A stretch of DNA of 63,380 bases, filler included, from Hausera hauseri (GCA_046269625.1; 11 parts of 11 records of this genome joined end to end with filler, not necessarily neighbours in it), one strand, 5' to 3'. Shown: positions 37,201-49,533, counted from the whole stretch's first letter. The notes: generated by a model not told the origin, from the letters alone. Made by a program: numbers and translations.

Positions 37201-38596
37201 GTTTCAATTGAAAGTGTTTTTTAGATTATTAAAAGTGAATTATTGGTATTAATATTATTATTGTTTTTATTATTATTATTATTATTATTTACCATTTGCT
37301 TAAAGTGATTCGTTTTCTTAAAAACTGTTTTTTTTGTGAATTGATAGTACCTTTTGCAGTGTAAAAATTTTATAAGCCTATGTTGCAAATTGAAATTCAA
37401 TTTATATAGCAATTAGCGTAATACATTGTATGTTTTTAATTACTGCGGCTAATAAAGTGAAAAAAAAGTGTAAATATTAAGTGCACAGTTATGATTGCAA
37501 TTGCAAATGATGTTGCAAATTTTGAAAGAGTTGATATCTCTTAAACATTTCAATTTTCTTTAATTATAATTTACTTTAAGGTTGTTTTATGCAAGTATGG
37601 ATAAATTTGGACACTAATTGAATATGTTTACTTTGTAGTTGCAAGATTGCAACTTTACGTTTATTATCAATTGTGAGTTTTGCAATAACCAGAAGTGTTA
37701 TTTTTTATTTTGTGCGATATATTAACACAAAAGGACGTAATTACATAAGATTAATTTATATCCGACATTGCGATTTCAATTTGTTGCAAATGACTTTGCA
37801 ATTGCATACATTTTTAAGGGTTTTACTAAATAGGTAGTATTATTGACTTTTGTTCTTCGCATTCGAGGGTTATCAAAATAATTTTATACATGGTATTTCC
37901 TTGAGGAGTTGGGAATGCAATTTGCACAAATGTTGCAAAGCTGTTATCTTAATTATACAGTTGTAAATATTTAATACATTAGATTGTATTACTTGATTAC
38001 AATGTAGAATTGTTCTTAATGAGAAAAAAAATGTAAAAGTTTGCTCTTTAAATATTATTGCAAAGTCAAAATATAGTTTATGTTGCAATACTGCAAGTTT
38101 CCAAAATTTTTCATATAATATATGGAAATGTTTTTATTTTATTCCAAAATTATTATGGTCAGCGCACTAGTATAACAAACATGAATTTTTTTATGCAAAG
38201 TGCTGCAAAATGATTGCAACATTGAAAATGTGATTTCTTAAAATTGCTTGACTTGGTAAATTATTAATATTGATGTCATTTTTTAAATTACTAGTTACCA
38301 TAAATTAATTTCAAATAGGTAAAATTAGTTATTGCATTAGGATTTGCAACATTGCAAACTTGGTTACCTTAGTACATAAAGTTACCTTATCTGGGTACAA
38401 TACACAGTTGTCGCTGCAGATATGAATATCTCAAACAAATAAAAAGGAAAATAATAATAAAAAAATAAATAAATAAATAAAAATAAGTAAATAAAATAAA
38501 AAGTTTGATCTTTAAATACTAATGCAAAGTCAGAAAATGTTTCGTGTTGCATAAATTGCAAGCTCGGTAGTTTCAGAAGTTTTTTTTTGGTTCAGG
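34250..38596. repeat. AT-rich ~4.2-kb unit bounded by a ~120-bp direct repeat, rich in TTGCAA
   Basis: aaataagtaaataaaataaaaagtttgatctttaaatact...gcaagctcggtagtttca...ttggttcagg occurs at ~34250-34368 and ~38480-38596 (contig end). Confidence 0.75.
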
Positions 38597-38842
38597 NNNN
38601 NNNNNNNNNNNNNNNNNNNNNNNNNNNNNNNNNNNNNNNNTTAATTAATTAANNNNNNNNNNNNNNNNNNNNNNNNNNNNNNNNNNNNNNNNNNNNTTCC
38701 GTTGTTAGCAATCTTCGAACGATTTCGTCATCTCTGGCTTTCCTGCCTTTCAACTGATAAAGTTTCGTTGTTCCTTTTGGTCTGCCACGGTTTCTTTTAT
38801 CCGCTTGAGTTTGTTCTGATATGGGAATGTTTACCCCCGTTT

Positions 38843-39150
38843 CTATTTTTGAGCCTCATGCTGATGTTCGATTTCCTGTGTTTCTTTTTGCCCAATATCA
38901 GTAACAATTTCGTCAATTATTTCTTGTTCAGACTGTTTATAAGTAACACACACAGGGTTGTATCGGTTTTCCCAGATACCTAGTTCATATAAAGTTTCGT
39001 AATCCAACAGAGTGCGTCCATAAAAATACAACTCTACTTCTCCTCGAGGCTGAACAATCCCATTGATATTATATTTCAATGTCATTATCGTGTCTAATTA
39101 CTTCATTCTTAGAACATGGAAATCTGGGTTATACTGTTGTAGCGTAACCA
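38843..39150 (-). pseudogene. Ubiquitin-like domain downstream of gag
   Basis: VLRMK*LDTIMTLKYNINGIVQPRGEVELYFYGRTLLDYETLYELGI aligns by eye with ubiquitin DTIENVKAKI...[25 protein letters not shown]. No C-terminal di-Gly. Confidence 0.62.
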
Positions 39151-39267
39151 TTACTTTAGGGTTTTCTCCGACTATTTTCACTCTATCCGCACATTGATAA
39201 ATTATGTATCGTACGATATTCTGATATGGGCTTGTACCCTCAGCATACATTAACAGCAAAAATCCAA

Positions 39268-40863
39268 TTAATTAGCAAATTGTTGATGGCTGATTGTTTG
39301 CGATAGTAGCATAGACAGATCTTGCCTAAACCGAGTACCATCGATTAGTTCTTGGTTGGCATAGCTGGATATTTTCCGAACTATTTCTACGCCATCCTGA
39401 TCTAAGTCCACAGATGAAGACTCATAACTTGGGGATTTTTCCTTTATTTTCTTTCTCCTTATTCTTTTTATGTTCTCCTTAAGTTTACTTTCTTCACGCG
39501 ATTCACTTTTTTCACTTTCACTTCCAGAAGGTAAATTAAGTTCCGGAGTCTTCAATTCTTCTTCTTGTATCAAAGGTTTATCCTTTTTCTTAACCCTATT
39601 CTTTTCAACATCCGATTCTGATGCAGAAGTCTTTTTAGGTCTACCAACCGGAGCTATAATAGCATCTTCACTCAACATTTTGTGTCTTTTTTCACAGACC
39701 TGCTGTTCTTTTAATTCGAGGTGTAACTGTTTTAATTCGGCTATCTTATCCTCCTCATCTAACGTATTGGTCTTACTTTCTTTTAATTTTGATCTAATCA
39801 TTTGTTGAAGTTTCTCTATTGTCTCTTCGGGCTCTGTGTCTGTAGTTTCATGCTCATTATCTGTGTCGGATATATTACCGACTATATCAACATTCTTTTT
39901 CTTTTGATTTGATTGTCTTTGGTTGGGACAGGAGCGAGCCATATGTCCATATTTTTGGCATGCAAAACACAAGGGCTGCCCATCTTGGTTAACTGGAGGC
40001 TTTTTCATCGCAGACTTCTGAGGTTGGTTCTGCCAATTATTCTGAGATGGTTTTTGCCATGTAACTTTCTTTTGAGACGGTTGCTCTAGTTGATTTTGAT
40101 ACTTTTTGGGCGATTTTTGAAAATTTTGAAAATTTTTCTTTTGAAAAATTTTCGTCTTTTTATCATCAATATTCTTAGAAGGCCTCTTTACGTTTTCGAG
40201 CCTTTCAAAATTTATCTCAATCTTTCTTGCCTTAGAAACAGCTTCTTTATATGTTCCTGGATCAGCGACAGTAATATAATTTTGAATTTCTTTATTGACT
40301 CCATAGCAAAATTGAGCCAAGAGGGCATCTTCCCTTATATCACCATCTGTATAAGCTCTCTGAGCTAACTTCTGAAGGGCACATGCATATTCTTGCACGG
40401 TTTCGCCTTTTCTTTGACGCCTTCTATTGAATTCTCCAATTCGACCCTTTTCTGACGGGTCTACTAAGAGCCTTTCCTCAAGAGCGTCCTTAAGACTAGC
40501 CCAATCAGCTTTATCCTCTTCGTCATTTATTTGAGTATAAGCACTAAGTGCTATACCCTTGAGGTGTAAAGGGAGCCGCTTCATCCTCAGCTCATCAGTC
40601 CAATTGAAACTTTCTGAGTACATTTCGTACTGCATAATAAACTCACTGTAGTTCTGATCCGGTTTGGCTTCATATTTATCCATAGGTAGCACCACTGTTC
40701 CATTTGGGTTACTGCCCAAACTGGGTCCCAATCCTGAGGACATTTCAAGATTCTGTTCTGCTATTTGAGGATGAGAATCTCTGTCTGATTCGGAACTACT
40801 CCTTGCCGAATCAGTACGTGAAATTGTATTAGCGTTAGTCCTACTTCGGGTACTATACGCCAG
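39268..40863 (-). CDS. gag: Retrotransposon Gag with CCHC zinc knuckle and long charged C-terminal extension
   Basis: LPLHLKGIALSAY, RRQRKGETVQEYACALQKLA, QFCYGV, CFACQKYGHMARSC. The frame stays open 40 codons upstream of ATG 40743, to a CTG at 40863 (LAYSTRSR). Confidence 0.9.
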   Translation of the reverse strand: MAYSTRSRTNANTISRTDSARSSSESDRDSHPQIAEQNLEMSSGLGPSLGSNPNGTVVLPMDKYEAKPDQNYSEFIMQYEMYSESFNWTDELRMKRLPLHLKGIALSAYTQINDEEDKADWASLKDALEERLLVDPSEKGRIGEFNRRRQRKGETVQEYACALQKLAQRAYTDGDIREDALLAQFCYGVNKEIQNYITVADPGTYKEAVSKARKIEINFERLENVKRPSKNIDDKKTKIFQKKNFQNFQKSPKKYQNQLEQPSQKKVTWQKPSQNNWQNQPQKSAMKKPPVNQDGQPLCFACQKYGHMARSCPNQRQSNQKKKNVDIVGNISDTDNEHETTDTEPEETIEKLQQMIRSKLKESKTNTLDEEDKIAELKQLHLELKEQQVCEKRHKMLSEDAIIAPVGRPKKTSASESDVEKNRVKKKDKPLIQEEELKTPELNLPSGSESEKSESREESKLKENIKRIRRKKIKEKSPSYESSSVDLDQDGVEIVRKISSYANQELIDGTRFRQDLSMLLSQTISHQQFAN

Positions 40864-40869
40864 TGTGCC

Positions 40870-40887
40870 TCCTCACTCGGGACACCA
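40870..40887 (-). promoter_or_regulatory. Primer-binding site (TGGTGTCCCGAGTGAGGA; resembles a tRNA-Leu-type PBS)
   Basis: Begins TGG one nt after the LTR's terminal CA. Similar to the tRNA-Leu PBS TGGTGTCAGAAGTGGGA. Confidence 0.7.
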
Positions 40888-40888
40888 G

Positions 40889-41583
40889 TGATAAGATTGT
40901 GAGTTAAAGGGTAGCTTGGGTATTTAACTCCCAAACTTATACTACTAAACTGACTTTAAAATAAGTCTTGAGTCTTTTTACTCAAGACCAAAAGTACTAT
41001 ATTCAATCTTAAAAGCAGCCTGTGGGGTCTGCTTGACTTTTAAATAACCTTATTGTGGGTTCGGTCAGGAGGTACACTGGCCAAACTAACCCTTATTTTT
41101 ATCAAGTTAAAAGTATACCTGATGATTACGTATCAGGTAGAAAAATTGTAATTTTGGGTGTTCTCTTTTATTAATCTACTTAACAAACTTCTTTAAATAC
41201 GTATTAAATTACAAAAGAATTTTATAAATAAGTTTTAATAATATCTACAATACAACTTTACAAAAATACAAAACTTACAAGAATCAATCATGCTCGAAGA
41301 CATTCAAAAATTTGTGCGAGCGACATATAAATTTGGTGGCGTATATATACTATTTCGAAGTCATAAAAAAATTCCAAATAAATCATTCCGAATTGTGGAA
41401 AATTACCACGAAATCACGCGAAGAATAATAAAATTACAAAGTTTAAGATTATATAATAATCACATTAAGCAAGTCACACGGTTCAAATAAAACAATTCAA
41501 GGTTTAAAGTTTCAACAATTAAATCAGTTCAGAAAGTTTAAAGTTTCGACAATTGACGAAAGTTTCGAAATCAAGTTTCGACA
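40889..41583 (-). repeat. Long terminal repeat (~695 bp)
   Basis: Minus strand TGTCGAAAC...TTATCA (TG...CA), preceded by a purine tract and followed by the PBS. TATA-like tatatata at ~41345 and AATAAA at ~41170. Confidence 0.8.
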
Positions 41584-44054
41584 CCTCCCTTGCCGGATAA
41601 AGCCGTCCTCGGCTTTAATAAGAAGACTTTTGTGGAACCATCTTCACGTTTGTAGCGAACTGCATCTATATCGAGCCATTCACCATCTTTTATTTTTCTT
41701 TTGAGGGTTATTGTATTTTTCTTCATCTTTTTACTTTTCATAAGATCTATTATATCAATGTTCTCATTAGTATCAAGATTTTCTTGAAAAGTCAATTGGC
41801 TAGATGTTGATGGAATGGGTTCTAGTTGAATAGATAATTCTTTGATATGCGTCTCTTGGATAGGCGCTTGTTGAATGAGCGTCTCTTGGGTAGACGCTTG
41901 TTGAATGGGCACCTTTTGAATAGGCGCTTCTTCCATAGAAGTATCTGTGTCTAGGTGTTCAAGTTCTTTTTGATATTTGGGAATAGACTAATATATTTTT
42001 AAGATAGTCAACGCTTTGTATTTGCTTCTCTGTGGATAATTTTTATTATTTTGAGTTCGAATTTGTTTCACGGTTCTTTCACCTTTTAAGTTTATTAATT
42101 GATTATAGAATAGATCTCTCATACCTTGTAAGTTCCCATAATCGCAAGGTATGACACGAGTAATTATATCATATAGGTTAAATCCTATAATTACTTTTCC
42201 CGTTATAAATTTTCTAACTGTACACGCAGCCAGATAAGGATCCATTTGTCCAATTAAATCTAATTCTTTTAAGCCAGTAATATGGCTATTATAATTATCA
42301 ATTTTATCTCTGGGGCAAACTTTCTTATCGAGTAAGATTTTTGCATTCAGATCCATAAGAGTGACCTCGATTAAACTGACGTCTTTCTTTCTAATAGGAT
42401 CCATCAAATATGCCGTATTTACGGCTATTATTATTAGATCGTCTTTAGATGTAACCGGGAATCTAAGGAAGGGGATCCCTTCTCGTATTTTCTGTTCCTT
42501 TGGTATTGGGGTAGAATATTGCGGGAGATCATATTCGGGACGAAATACTGTTTCTTTTCGCATGACCTCTATATGTATCACTGGAGATGGTCCATAATAG
42601 GTTCGAAGGGTAATTGTAACGTTTTTATAAAATGCGAATCTAAACAAATTGTAGGCATAGGTGTTAGATCCATTGTGTCAATAATATTGGTTGAATTAGC
42701 TCTACTTCTTAATTGAATTGTCTGTTTGAGGACTGAAATATAAACAGCTAGAGCTTTTTCACCAATGTCTATAAGGTCTGACAAATTTGTTGATGTGTTT
42801 GATAGCTTTATGATTAAGCTACTTCTTGGGGTTACCGAATGTCCTTTTAAATTATTAGGGATCAGTGATGTCTTGGATAATAGATAAAGTCTTTGTTGAC
42901 TGTGGCTGATAGGTTGGAAAAGGAATTGTAATAGAAACTGTTTGGTCGCTAAATCTTTTCTGCACCTTCTTTATATATAAAAAAATCATTAATAGCGGCC
43001 AAAATAAATTGGATATATATATTTCTTTATTCATTGAATGTTTATGTTGAAAGTAGGTCGCCAAGAATTTAGCGGCCTCATCCTGTATGTGTGTACATAG
43101 ACACAGGATTGTGTCTTTTAACGGTCGTGTACGCCGTTTAGAATCGGTTTGCTCATGCGCTTGCCGGTTTTCATTGATTAACTGTTTAAAATTAACAGTC
43201 TTTGAGGTTATTTCATCATTCATGGGAGGCGCGCCTAAATCGTCTATAGAATCACCCTGGGAATCTTCCCTTAATAATTTTAATTGGTTTATTATTTCTT
43301 TTGTTTTTCGTTGCCGCCGTCTTATTTTTGAACAATAAACTATTGGAGGGATAAGTAGGCCTAATTTTACTAATAAAGCGCTTAATGCAATCACTATCCA
43401 AAAATATTTATCAGTATTTGTGTTATATTTTAGTGTGGTGGTTTCTTTAGTAAATTTTGTGGTTGACATAGTTATTTGTTTTAGAGTTTTTCCCAGCGAT
43501 AATTTATTTGTATATTTCTTCCTTCGTCCAATTCTGTTATAATAACTTTATAATTAGTATTGGCCCTCAGGGACACACAAGCCGACGTTGGCTCTTCTGG
43601 AGTTATAATTCCTTCGCCGATCATTTTGTTATAAAGAAAACATTCAAACTTTACATTGGTACTTTGCAGGTTGGATACAGTGATAATCAGAGAATATGAT
43701 GTCGGCTGTACTATTATATCTAAATCTTTTACAATTTTGGAACGAATTTCAAATGATGGACTGGTTATTATACTTCGTGTTGATAATATTGTTTTTGTTG
43801 AAGCAATCGTTGTTGTCACTTGAAAACTTTCCATTATTTCAGGTCCATCTGACCATGTTGACCAGGTATATCCGTTAGTCGTTGTTCGATAATATATTTG
43901 ATATTGCCGATTAAATGGGAAAGGACAACAGAAGTACGGATTCTGATAACTCATTTTACATTTTATAATATCAGTTCTATTTTGAATCCAATATTCTATA
44001 GTACGATATTCAGTTATTGGGACTTCTGTTTCAGCCGTTACGCATGGCCCACTT
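41571..44054 (-). pseudogene. Env-position accessory ORF: FN3(WSxWS)-FN3-Thr-rich stalk-TM-cytoplasmic region-inactive DEDDh (REX4/ISG20-like) exonuclease fold-short repeats
   Basis: Five abutting ORFs (43481-43954, 42855-43469, 42578-42784, 41988-42647, 41571-41936) join through three frameshifts and one in-frame TAG. Motifs: YQIYYRTTTNGYTWSTWS; LRANTNYKVII; TM YFWIVIALSALLVKLGLLIPPIVYC followed by KIRRRQRK; IAVNTAY...EVTLMD...LLDKKVCP...NYNSHITGLK...GKVIIGFNL. Confidence 0.7.
41584..41594 (-). promoter_or_regulatory. Polypurine tract
   Basis: GGCAAGGGAGG immediately precedes the LTR's TG. Confidence 0.7.
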
Positions 44055-45420
44055 NNNNNNNNNNNNNNNNNNNNNNNNNNNNNNNNNNNNNNNNNNNNTT
44101 AATTAATTAANNNNNNNNNNNNNNNNNNNNNNNNNNNNNNNNNNNNNNNNNNNNAATAATAGAGCAAATGATTGTTCAGATTATTAATAATATAAATGAG
44201 TAGTAGTGCAAATGATTGTTCAGATGAGTAATGACAATGAATAATACAGTACAAATGATTTTAACTTCTTAAAATGAGTGTGAAATTTTATAATTTTATT
44301 AGTCAAACTGTAAAATATTTATTTTTTGTCAATTTTTGTATTGCTTATTCAAAAAAACGTCTAAATTATTTTTTTCCCTGACGCTTTTAGTTTGAAGTTG
44401 AACTGCTGAAGATGCCACACATACACACAGTGCTGTACACATCACTGCTTGTAAGAGGGAATAGTTTTTATTAGATTCTGGATAAATGGTATAAATGTAG
44501 AAGTTTTCCACGTGTAGTGGACTTAAAATTAGTGCCAACCAATTTAGCGGAACCTAATCAGTTCGCTAATGGCTTCCAAAGTTAACAAAAAGGCAACTAG
44601 CGATTAGCAGTTTAGCGGAACTGTTTCCACCCTAACTTTACATCAACAATTATGTCATCTGGATATAATTAAACTACTTTAACAAACATCTACAGACAAA
44701 AGAGGGACTCTTAACTGTATTTTGTTTTACTGTGATGAGATTTAAGATTTTGTTTAATTTAATCATTATACGAAAGTTGACTTTTGAAGATTTTTAATTT
44801 TATTACTGTGCATAAATTTGTTGTTTACATATATTTGTAGTAAACTTTTAACTTTTAAACAGAATATCATATAGATCGAATGAATATTTGGTACTTGTGT
44901 ATGTTCAATATACTAATTCAATATTTTGTACTTTTATTATTTATATATACCATGAATATAGTATTAATATAATACTAAAATGAGATGAAAGTGTATTTTC
45001 AAATGAATCTCAAATACTTTACATCATTTTGTTGACTTAAGCACCAAATGAACTAATTTTATTATAACTATATATAGAGTTAAGCAAACTTTTTCTTTAT
45101 CTAATTTATTTGTAACGCGAATGTTCTGAAGTTCCTCGTATTATGTACAATATGCTATATAGATTTCTATACTATTTTTAAAATTCAATCATCATTTGTG
45201 AACACTACAAGCATCCGTTATATCTCTCAACTCTTTCCAGGATGTCTGGAATTTGTTTGCAGAATAAAGCTGAACATATCCAAAAGTACTTTATCGTTAT
45301 ATTTAATTTATTAATATTTATATTTCTGAGGACATTATAAAATCGTACGAGTTCCAAAGGTTCTTCCCTTCTTTCGGTTTTCTACTACTCTTTACAATTT
45401 GATATAACTTCTTGTTTACA

Positions 45421-47385
45421 ATTTTACAGACTTTTCGTCACAACAATTTCTAAATATTTAAGATTCAAATTATCTCACAGCATTCAAATCGAAATATTCA
45501 GTCGTGTATTCATTAAAATTAGTAAAAATATCTTGAGCAGTTTCTGGTCGTAAACAACCAAATAAAACCATTTTACAGACTTTTCATCACAACAATTTCT
45601 AAAAATTTAAGAATCAAATTATCGTAGCATTCAAAGCGAAATATTCAGAAATATTACCGGCCATAATAGATCTAAAATAATAAGGGGGTTTTGGCTTTCT
45701 CAGCAACACACCCCCACCTCCCGGTAAACTCTGCACTTGTACATATGTTCCTTTCGAGTTATATAAAGCTCCGTTTTGTGTAAGTGCCGAGTTTACATGG
45801 GGAATACGAAACAAGTGCGTCAAAATTTACCATAGTAAAATTAGATCTGAAAATATACCTGGGCAACACACCAGCACATAAGGATCACTCGTTCGCAAAA
45901 AGCTCACTGTATTGTACTTTTCCGAATATTTCTTTCAAAAACATTGGTAACCGAAATCTACCGAAAAACATTCGTTATTATCTAAACATTCCTTCTGGCA
46001 ATTTTCCAAACTAATTTGTCTTTCATCTCCAATATTAAATCCGTAAACTCCAATTACGTTCTGTTGGATTTTTCGGCAAATATTTTCTCATATTATTATT
46101 TAACATTATTTTTTGGACCTCTTTAATTATTTGTTATAAAAAGCCCTCAGATTTACAGTAAAATTCGTTTCCTTGTTAGCTGAATAACAAAAACGATTGT
46201 TTCATTTACTTGTATTTATTAGTGCAATTTGGTTTTATTTGGTTGTTTACGACCAGAAACTGCTGAAGGTATGCGACAAGAAACTAAGTGAGATTCAGGA
46301 TTTAGATCCGCCGACTTTGCCGAGCAGTCTTCTTTAATTCGTGTTTTTGACTGATGATTGCCAATAATGGACCAAAATTAATTTCAAAAAAATATAAAAT
46401 TCTGATTAAGTTGTATTATGACGTTACTGATTTAATGGATAAACGAAACTTGTTTGTTTTTTGACTGAATCAATATTATAAGTGCGAAATCAAAGTAGTA
46501 AGATTATTGTACTGATCAACAATGTAGTTACTTAGGGTTTCTTTATTAAGTTCAATCGGACGTAGTGGCTATGTATCAAAATATTTTATGCCAACGTACT
46601 TTGTGCATTAAAATTTGAAATTGGAAACTTGTCGTAATTATCGTTATGTAACAATTTAACAATAAATGAGAATTTCATATAATGTTTTTATGTAGGCGTC
46701 AGTTTGAGTGGCACAAAAGTTTTGGATAATTCCTTCTTGTCAAAGATTTGGAGAAAATACTTCTGAAAAGTATTGCTTGTTTGTATTAGACTGTTAGATG
46801 GTTGGAGTATATTATCTCACCTCGAACATTCCAGGTGACGACCATGGATTCAGTAGTCAGAATGAATCAGTACCCTATTGTTAAATACCACATATAACAT
46901 AGTTAAACATTACTATATATACGGAAAGTATTTGAGTTTATGAAAATTACTTTCAAGGAACAGTACATATTGTCAGTCAGGGTTTTACAAATTCTACAAG
47001 TACAAAATCTTATGTTCAGTAATAATAAAGAAAAAAATCAAATAAAGCTAAGATTATGCAATATGAGCTTTTAAATCTTACATCATTTTGCACTTCTTCA
47101 ATTTCTCCCACAACATGCAGAGTAATTTTGAAATTTCATAAAATGCTCGTTTCTGTTTTCAACCAATATTTTACTAATGTCGGATTGCCAATTGATCATT
47201 CAAGTTATGTCAAAGTACAATGTATTCGTCTAATTATCAGTTACATCACTAATATTTCTTTCTATACAAATATTAACTTTACACATTCGATTTGAATGCT
47301 GTAAGATAATTTGATTCTTAATTTTTTTCCAGAAATTATTGTGACCAAAAGTATGTAAAATGGTTTTATTTGGTTGTTTACGACC
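45421..47385. repeat. Nested inverted and direct repeats (MITE/DNA-transposon-like)
   Basis: gcagtttctggtcgtaaacaaccaaataaaacca (~45537-45571) is inverted at ~46230-46264 and again, longer, at ~47290-47385. 45421-45500 directly duplicates ~45571-45648. Confidence 0.7.
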
Positions 47386-47701
47386 CATTATAATGGGCTC
47401 AGGACGCTATTATGCAATATGTGTAGATGATATTTTCATTCACCAGTAACCATTCAGATAATTTCAATTTATTCATTACGAACTGCACGTCATGAGTCAC
47501 CACAGCAGACAATGAGTATTAAAAAAGGAATTCCGTAAATAATTAATTGTGGCATATACTCATAAATTTACAATCATAATGACTAATCAATACGTATGTA
47601 CACCAGTGCAATGTGTTCTAACAAACTTGTTTTATTTTTCATTTAAAAACCGATACATTACGAATTCGGTACTAACTAATAACTGGTAAACTGACAAATA
47701 G

Positions 47702-48120
<419 letters not shown>

Positions 48121-48220
48121 NNNNNNNNNNNNNNNNNNNNNNNNNNNNNNNNNNNNNNNNNNNNTTAATTAATTAANNNNNNNNNNNNNNNNNNNNNNNN
48201 NNNNNNNNNNNNNNNNNNNN

Positions 48221-48531
48221 TGGAAATAGTCTAGAAAAAGTCTGGAATTTGGATTTGGCATATGAGTATAAAACCTGTTATCAGTAAGATCGGAAAAAGA
48301 CAAGCATCTTTGATTGGCCATGTTTTAAGAAGAGAAGGCCTGGAGGACTTGGTCACCACAGGCAAAATACCAGGAAATAGAAGTAGTGGACAACAGAGAA
48401 TGAAGTGCCTGGATGGTTTGCTTGAATGGCTCGGAAGTAAGTCAGTAGCAGAGATGATTGTCGACACCAATAGTCACAAGAGATGGAGATCCATGATGAC
48501 ATGCGCTTCACAGAGTGGCACCTGATGATGA
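48221..48531 (+). mobile_element. RTE-clade non-LTR retrotransposon 3' end
   Basis: KRQASLIGHVLRREGLEDLVTTGKIPGNRSSGQQRMKCLDGL...RWRSM is the RTE ORF C-terminal pattern, ending in a (TGA)n tail. Confidence 0.85.
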
Positions 48532-49149
48532 CACTTTCCATATATGACATTTTCTCTAAAAGACAAGCGCACATTATGTGAAAAATACGTGCATTTTCTA
48601 TAAAAGACATGTGCGCTTAACATAAAAGACACGTACGCCTCTACAACATCCACTTACACATCTTTAAAAGACAGGTACACTTTTAAAACATGTATGTACA
48701 CTTTCTATAAAATACAGCTTCAATAAAATACAGATACACTTTCTATGAAAGGTATGAGAAGATCTATACACAAAATGCGTATATGTGTAAAAGACATGAG
48801 TTTGAATGAAACGATATTTGAAATGTGTCACTGTAAATACCGGCAACTATTTCGACTGGAGCTTGCCGGCCATTGACAGACGTGGAGCCAACTTCATGTG
48901 AGGTTTTCGGCATGTTCGTCCTTCCACGGGTAACACGCGCACTCCTGGGGCCGAACTGTGACGTAACTGGTGCTTTTCTTTTATCCAATCTCCCAGATTC
49001 GTTAGGACGCGCTCCTGCTCAAAATGTCGCAATATTGAAGGAATAGATAATGTAAGACGAAATAACTGAGATATGTTTACAATTTTCGAAGACACTGGTT
49101 CCCAACTATTTTCCAGTTGTGACCCCTTTTTACAATTGCAAAGTGGGGC

Positions 49150-49533
49150 ATTGAGACGAAGACCGCTTCGCGATCCTTGTAAGGGCCAGGACTAACATAC
49201 TGGGCAAGATCTTTCACCAATTCCTCGCAGTGTGCCCTGGAAACAGAAGCAATTCTTGCCGACTATGGAAGTATCGCCATGGTCCCTCGCAGTAGTGGAG
49301 CCGTGATGGAGACTGTCAAGCCAACATTATCGCCCCGGGACGGAAGGCGAACTCTGCGAATCTCCGCGAAGGTGGGACCCATGCTCCAATATGGGGAACG
49401 GAATGCCATCAAAGTTTTCACAAAACCACTCCTGTAGTCCTTTTTAGGACTAGGGCCCTTACCCAGGGCCCATCACAAGGGCTTAGCTCGACGATGGGGA
49501 GATCGACATCCATCCATCCATCCATCCATCCAT
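49150..49533 (+). mobile_element. Putative short non-autonomous retroposon ending in (ATCC)n
   Basis: GC-richer block in AT-rich DNA that terminates in catccatccatccatccatccatc. No coding signal; the 5' boundary is approximate. Confidence 0.35.

Larger units (their letters stand above)
38697..44054 (-). mobile_element. Gypsy-like LTR retroelement junction: 3' accessory ORF - PPT - LTR - PBS - extended gag
   Basis: All parts are co-oriented on the minus strand. pol is not on this contig. Confidence 0.82.

Noticed and set aside
44329-44635. hAT dimerisation-domain-like peptide (LCVCVASSA) and hAT-like end
   Set aside because: Similarity too weak to support by eye.
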